A stretch of DNA of 64,000 bases from Clostridium sp. (GCF_050717545.1 NZ_JBOITN010000045.1:3561-67560); one strand, 5' to 3'. Shown: positions 49,628-59,857, counted from the first letter of the stretch. A program made the numbers and translations. Notes: generated from the sequence alone by a model not told the origin.

Positions 49628-49706
49628 TTTGTCCTCCTCTATTTGCATATGTGTTTCTTTAAATATATTCCAAAATTAATAATTCTAGAATATATAATCC
49701 CACAAT

Positions 49707-50141
49707 TTAAAGTTTCTTCCCCATTCCGGAAACAATAATAAATTCTGAATCTATTTTATCTTCTGATTCCTTAATTACAGTACTATCACTTTCATCTTCG
49801 CGATCATCATTTTCTGCAGTGAATATTTTTTTAGTACCTATACCATCTTCTGATTCCTTATCTACCGCACTTTGATTTCCCCAATATTCTTCTGCTTCAT
49901 CTTCCATTATTTCAAGTCTAGTATAGTAATCAGGAAATTCAGTTAAATGTGCAAGTGCAATTTTACCTGTAAGTATTGGATCATTATTTGTAACATCTGT
50001 ATCTGGATCTGTTATACCGTGCTCAAGTTCAACCATCATTCCCATTCTAAATTGCTCTATATTAAATTTCGCCCAATTTATTCCAAGTTCCTCACCTATC
50101 TCTTTAGCTTGCTGACTAGTAAATATTTTTTCTTTTGACAT
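49707..50141 (-). CDS. Conserved hypothetical protein (VELEHG ... AHL.EFPDYY domain) with acidic C-terminal tail
   Basis: A domain pattern I recognise from many bacterial and phage hypothetical proteins, possibly DUF5661 (not certain). The ATG at 50141 follows GGAGGG. Confidence 0.5.
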   Translation of the reverse strand: MSKEKIFTSQQAKEIGEELGINWAKFNIEQFRMGMMVELEHGITDPDTDVTNNDPILTGKIALAHLTEFPDYYTRLEIMEDEAEEYWGNQSAVDKESEDGIGTKKIFTAENDDREDESDSTVIKESEDKIDSEFIIVSGMGKKL

Positions 50142-50333
50142 AATATCACCCTCCATTAAAATAATTGTATAATCTAAAATTATACTTTACATACTTAAGG
50201 AAAATTTAGAATATTCTATTTATATTATATCATGTTTATCATCATATTTCAACATTCATCGTCAGTTAATCGTATCTTTTTTCAATATTTTACATTTTTA
50301 TATGTCCTACAAATTAATTATAGGACATAATTT

Positions 50334-51746
50334 TTATATACTTTTCTGATATTTAGCTACGTACTCATAAGATAAAAAATATTCTTTCATCTCTTGACCT
50401 ACAATACTACAAATACTATTTAATAGCTTATTGTCATCCAATGTTAATTCACTCCTATAATGAAATATAAATGGATTAATATATCCACACTCATCAAATA
50501 TCTTGCATATATCTGGTAAAGTAAAAAACTTATTATTACTTCTATTTAGAATAGAATTTTCACTATACATAAAACTTCCGCTTAATAACTCTTTTATAAC
50601 TGAGTGGTGCATTATGTTAGGAATAGTCGCAATTATATATCCTCCTGGCTTTAAAAATCTTTTTAGTTCATTTAATAATGTCCATGGATCTTTACTTAAT
50701 TGAAGTCTATTCCCAAGAATTATATAATCAAAAAAATTCACCTTGCTTTCTTTAAAATTCATGTTATAATCTTCTTCAAAATCATAACTTATCAACTCTA
50801 ATATATTTCCGCCTAGCCTTGCTAAACATTCATTTGTTTCGCAACCATATATTTTAGCATTTGGGTACATATATTTTAATTTAAGTAATGTAGCTCCGAG
50901 TCCACAATCAAACTCAAAAATATTTAGTTCTTTTTCTTTCGGCTCATTTATACGTTCTATTATGTCAAATTTCAGTGTGCTCGCGAAGCTTGAATTAAAG
51001 CCCCACTTGTCCTCAAATTTTTTACTATTTATCTTTAAGAGGTTATTAAATTTAGTATAATTTTTATTAAAAGATGAACTTCCAAAATGGTGTATAAAGC
51101 TGTCATTACAAAGCATTAATCTATATTCCTCATCTATAATTCTCATACTCAAATCATCATCTTCAAAATTTCCTGGTGTAAATCTTTCATCCAAAATACC
51201 AATTTTATTAAGAACTTCTCTCTTTATTATCATACAAAATGCCACAAGCCTAACCTTTTCCTCCCACTTATGGGCGTTTGTTCTATTATTAGCATCCGCG
51301 AATGGAATCATATCTTTAACATCACTATAAGGCACACTTACCGACTGATAATTAGAGCACTTATTAGTTATAGATGCAGCCGCTCCAATTTTATCATCAC
51401 TGTAAAGACATGTTTTAAGATTATCAAGCCACCTTGGAGTAACTATAGTGTCATTATTTAATAACAAAATATCATTTTCTTTCCCCGATACATCTATCCC
51501 TATATTACATCCCTTTGGAAATCCTACATTCTCATCATTCAAAATAACTACTATATCTTTTTGCTGTTTAAGCCACTCTCGTGTTCCATCAGTAGAATTA
51601 TTATCCACTACAATAATTTCGTAGGTATTCTCTTTAGTATATTTTCTTATGCTATCAATGCAAATTTTATTATACATAAGATTATTGTAAGTTAAGATTA
51701 TAATCGAAGTTTTTCTATTTTCTAACTTCATTTCATTTTCAATCAT
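50334..51746 (-). CDS. Fusion of GT2 glycosyltransferase and class I SAM-dependent methyltransferase
   Basis: N-terminal GT2 (IIILTYNN...VVDNNSTDGT...LLNNDT). C-terminal methyltransferase motifs (IFEFDCGLGA, IYGCE, LKPGGYIIATIPN). Confidence 0.75.
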   Translation of the reverse strand: MIENEMKLENRKTSIIILTYNNLMYNKICIDSIRKYTKENTYEIIVVDNNSTDGTREWLKQQKDIVVILNDENVGFPKGCNIGIDVSGKENDILLLNNDTIVTPRWLDNLKTCLYSDDKIGAAASITNKCSNYQSVSVPYSDVKDMIPFADANNRTNAHKWEEKVRLVAFCMIIKREVLNKIGILDERFTPGNFEDDDLSMRIIDEEYRLMLCNDSFIHHFGSSSFNKNYTKFNNLLKINSKKFEDKWGFNSSFASTLKFDIIERINEPKEKELNIFEFDCGLGATLLKLKYMYPNAKIYGCETNECLARLGGNILELISYDFEEDYNMNFKESKVNFFDYIILGNRLQLSKDPWTLLNELKRFLKPGGYIIATIPNIMHHSVIKELLSGSFMYSENSILNRSNNKFFTLPDICKIFDECGYINPFIFHYRSELTLDDNKLLNSICSIVGQEMKEYFLSYEYVAKYQKSI

Positions 51747-51954
51747 TATTTAATCCCTTCCTCTAACACTTAGTTATCACAAATTAGACTCTAATTTCAT
51801 ATTATGCATAACATTAAAAATATGTACCTTCCTCTTATAAATTCCTACTTTCTAACTTACAAATATTAAAATACATTTACCATTTTTTATAAACATGTTT
51901 CCTATTCCAATCCCTAGCATATTATAGACTGTAAGTTTATTTTAGGAGGATTAT

Positions 51955-53028
51955 ATGGTAACTATTAGTTTATGTATGATTGTAAAAAACGAAGAAGATG
52001 TTTTAGGTAGATGCCTCGATAGCGTGCAAGGCATTGTTGATGAAATAATAATAGTCGATACAGGTTCTACAGATAACACAAAGAATATCGCTTTAAAGTA
52101 TACAGATAATATATTTAATTTTGAGTGGATTAATGATTTTTCCGCAGCTAGAAATAATGCTTTTTCTAAAGCAACTAAAGATTATATTCTTTGGCTAGAT
52201 GCTGATGATGTTATTCTCGCGGATGATATTATAAAATTTAAGAATCTTAAAGAAACATTATCTCTAGATGTAGATAATGTAATGATGATGTATAACGTAG
52301 GATTTGATGAAAATGGTTCTGTTTCGCTTTCATATTTTAGAGAACGTTTATCCAAACGAACAAACCATGCTTTATGGATGGAACCTGTCCATGAATGTTT
52401 AATAATAGGCGGAAATACTATAAATACCGATATATGTATAACTCACAAAAAAGAACATGCAGCAGTTCCAGGTAGAAATATTACAATTTATAAAAACTTA
52501 CTTTCCGAGGGCATAGAATTAAGCCCAAGAGGGCTTTTCTATTATTCTAGGGAATTATTTCAGAATGGATTTACCAAAGATGCAATCCAATATTTCAATG
52601 AATTTTTAGATACAGAAAAGGGCTGGGTAGAAGATAATATAAGTTCCTGTTTTGATCTTTCTAAGTGTTATGACATTATAGGTGATAAAAAAAGCATGCT
52701 TAAAATACTCCTTAGAAGCTTTGAATATGATACTCCAAGAGCTGAAATATGTTGTAATTTAGGGACTTACTACTTTGAAACTTTAGATTATACTAAGGCC
52801 ATCTTCTGGTATAAGCTTGCAGACAGTCTTGACAAACCAGTTAATAGCTGGGGGTTTATATCTCATGATTTCTGGGGTTATATACCCAATATTCAACTTT
52901 CTGTTTGTTATGACAGATTAGGCAACAGAGAATTGTCAGTTAAGTTTAACGATAAGGCAGCGAAGTATAAACCTAATTCTACAGCAGTACGTTTAAATAG
53001 AGAATATTACGAAAGAACTTCTGTATAA
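51955..53028 (+). CDS. GT2 glycosyltransferase with C-terminal TPR-like region
   Basis: SLCMIVKNEE...IIIVDTGSTDNT...WLDADD, then a helical-repeat C-terminus. AGGAGG RBS. Confidence 0.75.
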   Translation: MVTISLCMIVKNEEDVLGRCLDSVQGIVDEIIIVDTGSTDNTKNIALKYTDNIFNFEWINDFSAARNNAFSKATKDYILWLDADDVILADDIIKFKNLKETLSLDVDNVMMMYNVGFDENGSVSLSYFRERLSKRTNHALWMEPVHECLIIGGNTINTDICITHKKEHAAVPGRNITIYKNLLSEGIELSPRGLFYYSRELFQNGFTKDAIQYFNEFLDTEKGWVEDNISSCFDLSKCYDIIGDKKSMLKILLRSFEYDTPRAEICCNLGTYYFETLDYTKAIFWYKLADSLDKPVNSWGFISHDFWGYIPNIQLSVCYDRLGNRELSVKFNDKAAKYKPNSTAVRLNREYYERTSV

Positions 53029-53153
53029 ACACAAGCAGATAATTAGAGACATAATTTAAAGTGCATGCTGCAACTAAAAAAAACGCCAACACAAAATATG
53101 GACGTTAAATTTCCCCTAAACATATGATATCATGCCTAGGGGAATTCTTATTA

Positions 53154-54083
53154 TTATACTTTTAAATCTAGTATAACCTTTAGTTCTTCTAATTTAGTTT
53201 TAAAGTATGGTTCCCCCAAGTAATATCTTGTAAATATATTTATTCCTCCATCGATGCTTAGTGGCAACTTAGTTTCCAGGATCCAACGAACTAATGGAAA
53301 TGTAATATTTAGTGATGCAAGTTTATGATACTCTATCTCAGCATCCGTTAATCCATTGCCTCTAAAGCTATACAATATATCTAAATAATTTTTTATAGCT
53401 ACTTCCATAATATTATAACCAGACGCACCTGCTGACCCTGTATCTGGTCTATTAATTTCTCCACTCAAGATGCAGTAATTAGGATTAGATCGTAAAAGTT
53501 CAAGTTGGATATATATATGGTTAAGACTTGAGTATAAGAACTTCTCTTTTAGAGGTATTTTCTTATAGGCATCATTTTTCAAAACCATACCGGTAATCCA
53601 TCCTCCCGTCCCTGAATCTATCTGATAATCGCTCATACCACTACCACGATTTATAATTAGCGGGTGCCACTTCATAGATAAATACATTAGATCACAATCT
53701 CTATTAGCGTTAATCATATTAATTATCGCACTATAAACCCCTTCATTAAAAAAATCATCATCACCATGTAAATTAATATATTCTCCATTTGATATATCTA
53801 ACACCTTTTGTATATTTTTTGATACTCCTATATTCTCTTGATTTTTACAATATACTAAAGTATCATATTTCTCTTTGTATTCATCAATAATTATTGAAGT
53901 ATTATCTGTAGAAGCATTGTCACATACTACTACTTCAAATCTATAATTATTACCAACCTGAGAGTATATGTTCTCAAGTAGCTTTCTTAAAAACTCAGCC
54001 CGATTATATGTTGGAATACCTATAGTAAGCACAGGCCTTTTATTTAACTCTTTTACGTTTCCCTTGGTAGTGTCATTGCTCAT
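53154..54083 (-). CDS. GT2 glycosyltransferase (the intact copy of a tandem triplet)
   Basis: LTIGIPTYNR...VVVCDNASTDNT...LHGDDDF. AAGGAG RBS. Confidence 0.8.
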   Translation of the reverse strand: MSNDTTKGNVKELNKRPVLTIGIPTYNRAEFLRKLLENIYSQVGNNYRFEVVVCDNASTDNTSIIIDEYKEKYDTLVYCKNQENIGVSKNIQKVLDISNGEYINLHGDDDFFNEGVYSAIINMINANRDCDLMYLSMKWHPLIINRGSGMSDYQIDSGTGGWITGMVLKNDAYKKIPLKEKFLYSSLNHIYIQLELLRSNPNYCILSGEINRPDTGSAGASGYNIMEVAIKNYLDILYSFRGNGLTDAEIEYHKLASLNITFPLVRWILETKLPLSIDGGINIFTRYYLGEPYFKTKLEELKVILDLKV

Positions 54084-54096
54084 AAATTACTTCTCC

Positions 54097-54344
54097 TTAA
54101 ATAGTACATAACAATACTAATTTTAATAAACTTTTGATTTCATTTAGCTTTTGGTGGTAATATATTTCGCCTGAATAATATTTAGTATACGCTTTTTCAA
54201 GACCATCCATTTTAAAATAATACCTCTGCTTAATACTGCATCAATACTTGGAAAGATTATTGAACTAAGAACCTTATGTTTCTAAAAATGTAGCTCTATT
54301 AAAGGTTGGAATTCCTATAGTTAAAATCGGGATGTTATTATTCA
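54097..54344 (-). pseudogene. Decayed GT2 paralogue A (N-terminal 17 codons fused to a C-terminal remnant)
   Basis: MNNNIPILTIGIPTFNR then a stop after 23 codons. A downstream frame keeps KYYSGEIYYHQKLNEIKSLL, matching the intact C-terminus RYYLGEPYFKTKLEELKVIL. The catalytic core is deleted. Confidence 0.7.
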
Positions 54345-54376
54345 TGCCCTAATACTCCTTTTGAATCATCTATTTA

Positions 54377-55046
54377 TTATCTCTTTAATGCTAATATACT
54401 TCTTAGCACTGCTAACTTTTCCTCAAAATATTCTTCCCCAGAGTAATATAGCTTAAATAATTCTACTGAATTGTCTAAACTTAATGACATATTCGCATTA
54501 ATTACCCATCTTAAAAACGGGAAAAGCAAAGATAATAAAAAGTATTTCCGGAATTTTATCTCGGCACTTGTTAATCCATCGCCCTCAAAATTAGAAAGTA
54601 TATCTATATAATTTTCATAATAACTTGCATAACATTATATCCAGAAAACCCTGCCGAGGCACAATCATATCTTGGGATAGGTCCCCTTAGAACGCAATAG
54701 TTAACATTTTTAGTTGAATATACATATGATTCAAATCAGAATATAGAAACTTTTCTTTATCGTCAACTTTTTTATAACATCATTACATATAACCATCCCA
54801 GTAATACCACTAATGTTTTTAGCATCAACTATATAATTACTAAGCCCCGCTCCACGTTTAACGCTAAAAACATCATTAGCACCTGGCAGAAACATTACAT
54901 CACAATCACAATTTCCCTCAATCATATCTAGAATCATTACCTATTTGACTATAAACATTTTCAAGGCATTTACAAAGATACATCTCCCTATTAAAGGTTG
55001 GAATAGCTATAGTCAAAATTGGCCTTATTTTATTATTTTCATTCAT
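54377..55046 (-). pseudogene. Decayed GT2 paralogue B (internal deletion plus frameshifts)
   Basis: MNENNKIRPILTIAIPTFNREMYLCKCLENVYSQIGNDSRYD* lacks the DNASTD/DDD core. The next frame (listed ORF 54731-54937) matches residues about 118-185 of the intact copy. The C-terminal LYYSGEEYFEEKL is retained. Confidence 0.75.
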
Positions 55047-55082
55047 GGAACCATCCTCCATTTATAACATAGCAATCTTGTT

Positions 55083-56435
55083 TTATTTTTTACTTATATT
55101 TTTTAATATATATTCTTCGATATTGGATACCATATAATTTATCATATTTTCATTTATTCCTGGATAAACGCCTAACCAAAATGAATTAGTAGTAATTAAA
55201 TCTGTATTTTTAAGTTCTCCTACAATTCTATATGAATCTTTATTTTTTTTATATTCTTCAAATAATGGTTGCCTTGTAATGTTTCCTGCAAATAGCAACC
55301 TAGTTTGAATTCCTTTAGCCTCTAAATACTCAAGTAAATCCCTTCTATTTATAGATGAATCTTTAATTGTCATCAAAAAACCAAACCAACTAGGTTTAGC
55401 ATTTTTCTCAGCCTCAGGTAAAATTAAATATTTATCTAAATGCTTTAATTTGTTTTTTAGTAGTTCCCAATTCTCTATTCTTCTTTCTATAAATTCAGGT
55501 AACTTCTTTAACTGCGCGCACCCTATTGATGCTTGCATTTCTGTAACTTTCAAATTATATCCTAAATGTGAATAAATATATTTATGATCATAACCAAGAG
55601 GCATATCTCCGTATTTTATAGCAAACCTTTTTTTGCAAGTATTATCACACCCTGATTTACAATAACAATCCCTTCCCCAATCTCTAAAAGATTCTATTAT
55701 TCTACTTAACATAACACTATTTGTGTATACAGCACCCCCTTCGCCCATAGTAATATGATGCGGTGGATAAAAGCTTGAAGTCCCTATGTCTCCAATTGTT
55801 CCTGTATACTTTAATTCTCCTTTATATTCATATTGCGAACCCAGAGCATCGCAATTATCTTCTATTAACCATAAATTATTTTTATCACAAAATTCTTTAA
55901 CCCTTTTTAAATTAAAAGGATTACCTAGTGTATGAGCTATGAGAATGGCTTTAGTTTTACTTGATAATGCCTCTTCTAATAAATTAACATCAATATTGTA
56001 AGTTGGAAGTGTTATATCTACAAATACTGGCACTGCTCCATATTGAAGTATTGGAGCTACAGTAGTTGGAAAACCCGCTGCAACTGTTATAACTTCATCT
56101 CCTTTTTCTATTCTCCGTTCTTTTAATTTAGGGGAAGTAAGCGCCATAAATGCAAGAAGATTTGCTGATGACCCAGAATTAGTTAATGAACAATATTTCA
56201 CACCTAAAAACTGTGCAAACTCTTTTTCAAATTTGTCGCAGAATCTACCCGTTGTAAGCCAAAAATCAAGTGTAGCCTCAGTAAGGTTTATCATTTCGTC
56301 CTCATCAAAATATCTTCCTCCGTAGTTTATTTTGTTGCCTTCTTTCCACTCTTCTTTATTTTTAAAAACCTCATCATAATATTCCTTAACGTTTTCTAAT
56401 ATCTTTAGCCTTAATAAACTTTCTTTATTTGACAA
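55083..56435 (-). CDS. rfbH: CDP-6-deoxy-L-threo-D-glycero-4-hexulose 3-dehydrase (E1, RfbH/DdhC/AscC type)
   Basis: DegT-fold protein with FYPPHHITMGEGG (His replaces the Schiff-base Lys, the E1 hallmark) and Fe-S Cys cluster RDCYCKSGCDNTCKKRF. TTG start after AAGGAGG. Confidence 0.8.
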   Translation of the reverse strand: MSNKESLLRLKILENVKEYYDEVFKNKEEWKEGNKINYGGRYFDEDEMINLTEATLDFWLTTGRFCDKFEKEFAQFLGVKYCSLTNSGSSANLLAFMALTSPKLKERRIEKGDEVITVAAGFPTTVAPILQYGAVPVFVDITLPTYNIDVNLLEEALSSKTKAILIAHTLGNPFNLKRVKEFCDKNNLWLIEDNCDALGSQYEYKGELKYTGTIGDIGTSSFYPPHHITMGEGGAVYTNSVMLSRIIESFRDWGRDCYCKSGCDNTCKKRFAIKYGDMPLGYDHKYIYSHLGYNLKVTEMQASIGCAQLKKLPEFIERRIENWELLKNKLKHLDKYLILPEAEKNAKPSWFGFLMTIKDSSINRRDLLEYLEAKGIQTRLLFAGNITRQPLFEEYKKNKDSYRIVGELKNTDLITTNSFWLGVYPGINENMINYMVSNIEEYILKNISKK

Positions 56436-56474
56436 TAATCTGCCTCCTTAATCAATTTTTCTTAGTTAATTTTT

Positions 56475-57287
56475 TTATTCACTTGCTTCTGGAATATGTG
56501 TTTCATTTCCTATCCAAAATTCTGTCTCGCCAGAAGCATTTTCTTTTAGATAAACTGGTTGTTTTATTTTAATCTTTATATTCTCTGTTCTTTGATGATG
56601 TATTAAAAAAATATTAAATAATCGTTCACCTAAATATGCAAAATCCTTAACATTGGGATCAGGGTTTAGTCTCTTCTTAATTTCTCCAAAAATATCCATT
56701 ATCCAAGTCATATACTTATCAAATAAATCTCCTCGCATTATAAATAAATTAATATAATAAACTTCCGTGCTAAGCAAAGCTGTAAAACAATCTCCTTCAT
56801 AACTAGGATACTTTTCCTTAATAATTTCTAAAGCCGTATTTAAATATAAACCTTTATGCCACATATTGTGTTGAGTCCACATATTACCAAGTCCAAACAT
56901 TCTGAAATTTAACGATGTAGGTACTAATACATCACAATCTTCTAAAATATTCTTGAGACCTTCCTTATCCCAACCATATTTATCTATAACTTCACTAAGA
57001 TTATCAGTACCAGTTACATTATCTTTAAAGGATATATATCTTCTATATTGAAAAAATCCTACATACTTTTGTATTTTCATGTTTTTCCACACCCAATAGT
57101 AAGTTGAAAACTCAGCATATAGTGAATTTTCGCTAGCCATATTATCCCCTTCGTCAGAACATAATATGGTATAATCACCAGGTACAATTTCTCTTTTAGT
57201 ATATATAGGTGTAAATATTTCAGACTTTACCATTTTATAAGGTTTATGACTAATAACATATATATCTACTAATTCATTTAAATCCAT
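56475..57287 (-). CDS. DUF4422-family putative glycosyltransferase
   Basis: IYVISHKP..., YAEFSTYYWVWKN and FFQYRRY are DUF4422 signatures. 270 aa. Confidence 0.65.
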   Translation of the reverse strand: MDLNELVDIYVISHKPYKMVKSEIFTPIYTKREIVPGDYTILCSDEGDNMASENSLYAEFSTYYWVWKNMKIQKYVGFFQYRRYISFKDNVTGTDNLSEVIDKYGWDKEGLKNILEDCDVLVPTSLNFRMFGLGNMWTQHNMWHKGLYLNTALEIIKEKYPSYEGDCFTALLSTEVYYINLFIMRGDLFDKYMTWIMDIFGEIKKRLNPDPNVKDFAYLGERLFNIFLIHHQRTENIKIKIKQPVYLKENASGETEFWIGNETHIPEASE

Positions 57288-57349
57288 AGTTTCACCGCCC
57301 TTATTTTTTACCCTTCATTGAAAATCAATTTAATTATACGAACCAACCT

Positions 57350-58000
57350 TTAATTATAGTTTTTTATAAATATTAATCTATTTTCATCAAATCCATTTAT
57401 CGTATTTACAATTCCGCAATCGTGAACGCACCAAGGCGTAATTTGCTTAGGTACCACCACTTTATAATCCAGTTTTCTAAACTCCGCGCATTGCGACATA
57501 TCATAAAAATGCCAACTCTTAAATATATCTTCCCTCCAAGGAATATCATATTGCGTTATTATTATGAACCCATCAACCGCCGCTACCTCATCAAATGCAA
57601 ATTCGATTTCATTAAATTTAAGTAGTCCCATAATACCTGTATGACTCTCATATACCTCTCCAACAGTTTCAGAACTCTCCCACCATATTCCACTTTCCGG
57701 TATAGATTTAGCTCCACACATTCCAATAACACCTATATCGCCATCTTCAAACACTTTCAACATATCAAGTATAAAATTTCTATTTATAATAAATACGTCT
57801 TGATGGAGATATACTTTATATTTAGAATCAGAGCTAAACATGCACTTGTTATAAGCTTTAGTTAAATATTCTGCGTTTCTTACAGGAATTATCTCTATAT
57901 GAAATTCATTAGGTATTATCAAGTTATTTATATACAATTCACATTTTTTAAATACTACTTCATCATTTACTGCTATTATAAAACTTACCTTATTATTCAC
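57350..58000 (-). CDS. Glycosyltransferase-like protein (Glyco_tranf_2_5-like)
   Basis: SFIIAVNDE..., YLHQDVFI and a short 216-aa GT-A-like fold pattern. GTG start after GGGAGG. Confidence 0.55.
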   Translation of the reverse strand: MNNKVSFIIAVNDEVVFKKCELYINNLIIPNEFHIEIIPVRNAEYLTKAYNKCMFSSDSKYKVYLHQDVFIINRNFILDMLKVFEDGDIGVIGMCGAKSIPESGIWWESSETVGEVYESHTGIMGLLKFNEIEFAFDEVAAVDGFIIITQYDIPWREDIFKSWHFYDMSQCAEFRKLDYKVVVPKQITPWCVHDCGIVNTINGFDENRLIFIKNYN

Positions 58001-58084
58001 AACAAAGTCCTCCCATATTTCACTTTAATTTTATTTGAGGAGAAAATATTAACCTTAAACTATCTTTGCAATTATCGCCACCTA

Positions 58085-59845
58085 TTATGACTTATACAAA
58101 TCAATTATCATATTTTCTTTAAACTCATTTCTATTTATTAGGGGTTCTTGATCTTCTATTGGTTTGCCTATACCAAGCTTTGGAATTACATAAGTTATAT
58201 TTTTAAGTTCCACCTCTATGACATAGCTTTCATCATCATTCAATCTTCCTTTTAATTCATTTATCTGATTTTCATTACTTATTTTAAATGACTTTATTCC
58301 ATAAGCTTCACTGATTTTCATAAAGTTTGGAACAGAATATCCATCTATAGTTCCACTATAATTTGATTCAAAATACATTTCTTGAAAATGTCTAATCATA
58401 CCTAAAGCATTATTGTTCATGATGATTATCTTTATAGGTATCTTTTCCCGGGCAATAGTTTGTAGCTCTTGGATATTCATTTGAATTCCACCATCACCAG
58501 TAATCACAACTACTTTATAATTAGGTTTAGCATGCCATGCTCCTATAGCTGCTGGCAGACCAAATCCCATAGGTCCCATTCCACCCGCGTTTAATAATCT
58601 TTGATTCTTAAGAAGCCTCAAAGATTGAGATGCCCAAATTTGGTTTTGACCTATATCTAAACATATTATAGAATTTGGATTTAGAATTCCACTTATTCTA
58701 TTCATAAATTCATTAGGGTCTATTTCATTTATATCTGTATTAGCTTTAAATGATGGATACATTTTTTTATAACTACTTATTTTATTTATCCAAGAACTGA
58801 AATTAAACTTATAATCAAGTTCTTCTATACCTTTATTTAATTTTTTTAGAAATAGAAATAAATCACACTCTATAGTTAAATCTTCTTTCACTTTAATATT
58901 AAGTTCATTTTTATCTATATCTACATGGACTATTTTAGCCTGCCTTGCAAAACTGTCAGTTATAGAACTTGTCTGTCTGGTCGTTAATCTAGAACCTAAA
59001 ACTATTAATAAATCACAATTAGCCACTGCTAAATTTGAATACCTATTTCCATAAGCTCCCATGTACCCTACGTAACACTTATGCCCATGATTTACACTGT
59101 CTATCCCCATTAAAGTGCTAACTACAGGGATACCCGTTATGTCTATAAATTTCTCCAAACTTCCAACTGCCTTTGCGAGCCTAATTCCTCCACCCGCTAG
59201 TATCACAGGTCTTTCACTTTCCTTTATTAAGTCTATTACTCTACTGACATCTTCTATATTTACTTCTTTCTTTATTGCACTTTTATATTCTTCTGATTCA
59301 TAAAAACCTATTAGCTCGCGTGGGTTAATTTCAGCCCTTTGAATGTTCATAGGTATATCTAATAAAACAGGTCCCGGCCTACCATCTTTTGCTATATAAA
59401 ATGCCTTTTCTAAGCAATATTTTATTTTTTCAGGAGAACTAATCATAACTGCATACTTTGTTATAGGTTTTATTATGCTTACTATATCAGTCTCTTGAAA
59501 TCCTTCTTGTCTTATTTCAATTGATCTCTTATATTCATAGGTATTAACTTGACCTGTTATATACAAACATGGAATAGAATCAAAATAAGCACTTCCTATA
59601 CCTGTAATAAGGTTTGTCGCTCCTGGTCCACTAGTAGCTGTGCATACTCCTATATTACCGCTAACCCTTGCATAACCCTCAGCGGCAAATGCTGAAGCCT
59701 GTTCATGATAATTTGATATGAATTTAATTCCATCTGCTTTATATATTGAATCAACAAAATGAGTTATAGCTCCACCTTGATATCCAAAAATCGTCGTTAC
59801 ACCGTTATCTTTTAGAAACTCTACAACATAATCTGATAACTTCAT
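58085..59845 (-). CDS. ThDP-dependent acetolactate-synthase-like enzyme, YerE-like candidate sugar-branching carboligase
   Basis: N-terminal Pyr domain (FGYQGGAITHF...HEQASAFAAEGYAR...TSGPGATNL) and ThDP motif GDGGIQMNIQEL...IMNNN. The ATG at 59845 follows AGGTGG by 8 nt. It sits among CDP-deoxyhexose genes. Confidence 0.6.
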   Translation of the reverse strand: MKLSDYVVEFLKDNGVTTIFGYQGGAITHFVDSIYKADGIKFISNYHEQASAFAAEGYARVSGNIGVCTATSGPGATNLITGIGSAYFDSIPCLYITGQVNTYEYKRSIEIRQEGFQETDIVSIIKPITKYAVMISSPEKIKYCLEKAFYIAKDGRPGPVLLDIPMNIQRAEINPRELIGFYESEEYKSAIKKEVNIEDVSRVIDLIKESERPVILAGGGIRLAKAVGSLEKFIDITGIPVVSTLMGIDSVNHGHKCYVGYMGAYGNRYSNLAVANCDLLIVLGSRLTTRQTSSITDSFARQAKIVHVDIDKNELNIKVKEDLTIECDLFLFLKKLNKGIEELDYKFNFSSWINKISSYKKMYPSFKANTDINEIDPNEFMNRISGILNPNSIICLDIGQNQIWASQSLRLLKNQRLLNAGGMGPMGFGLPAAIGAWHAKPNYKVVVITGDGGIQMNIQELQTIAREKIPIKIIIMNNNALGMIRHFQEMYFESNYSGTIDGYSVPNFMKISEAYGIKSFKISNENQINELKGRLNDDESYVIEVELKNITYVIPKLGIGKPIEDQEPLINRNEFKENMIIDLYKS

Positions 59846-59857
59846 AGTATTTACCAC

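Noticed and set aside
54731-54937. 68-aa ORF that could be taken as an independent small gene.
   Set aside because: It aligns with residues of about 118-185 of the neighbouring intact GT2 and is flanked by other out-of-frame pieces of the same paralogue. It is a fragment of a pseudogene.
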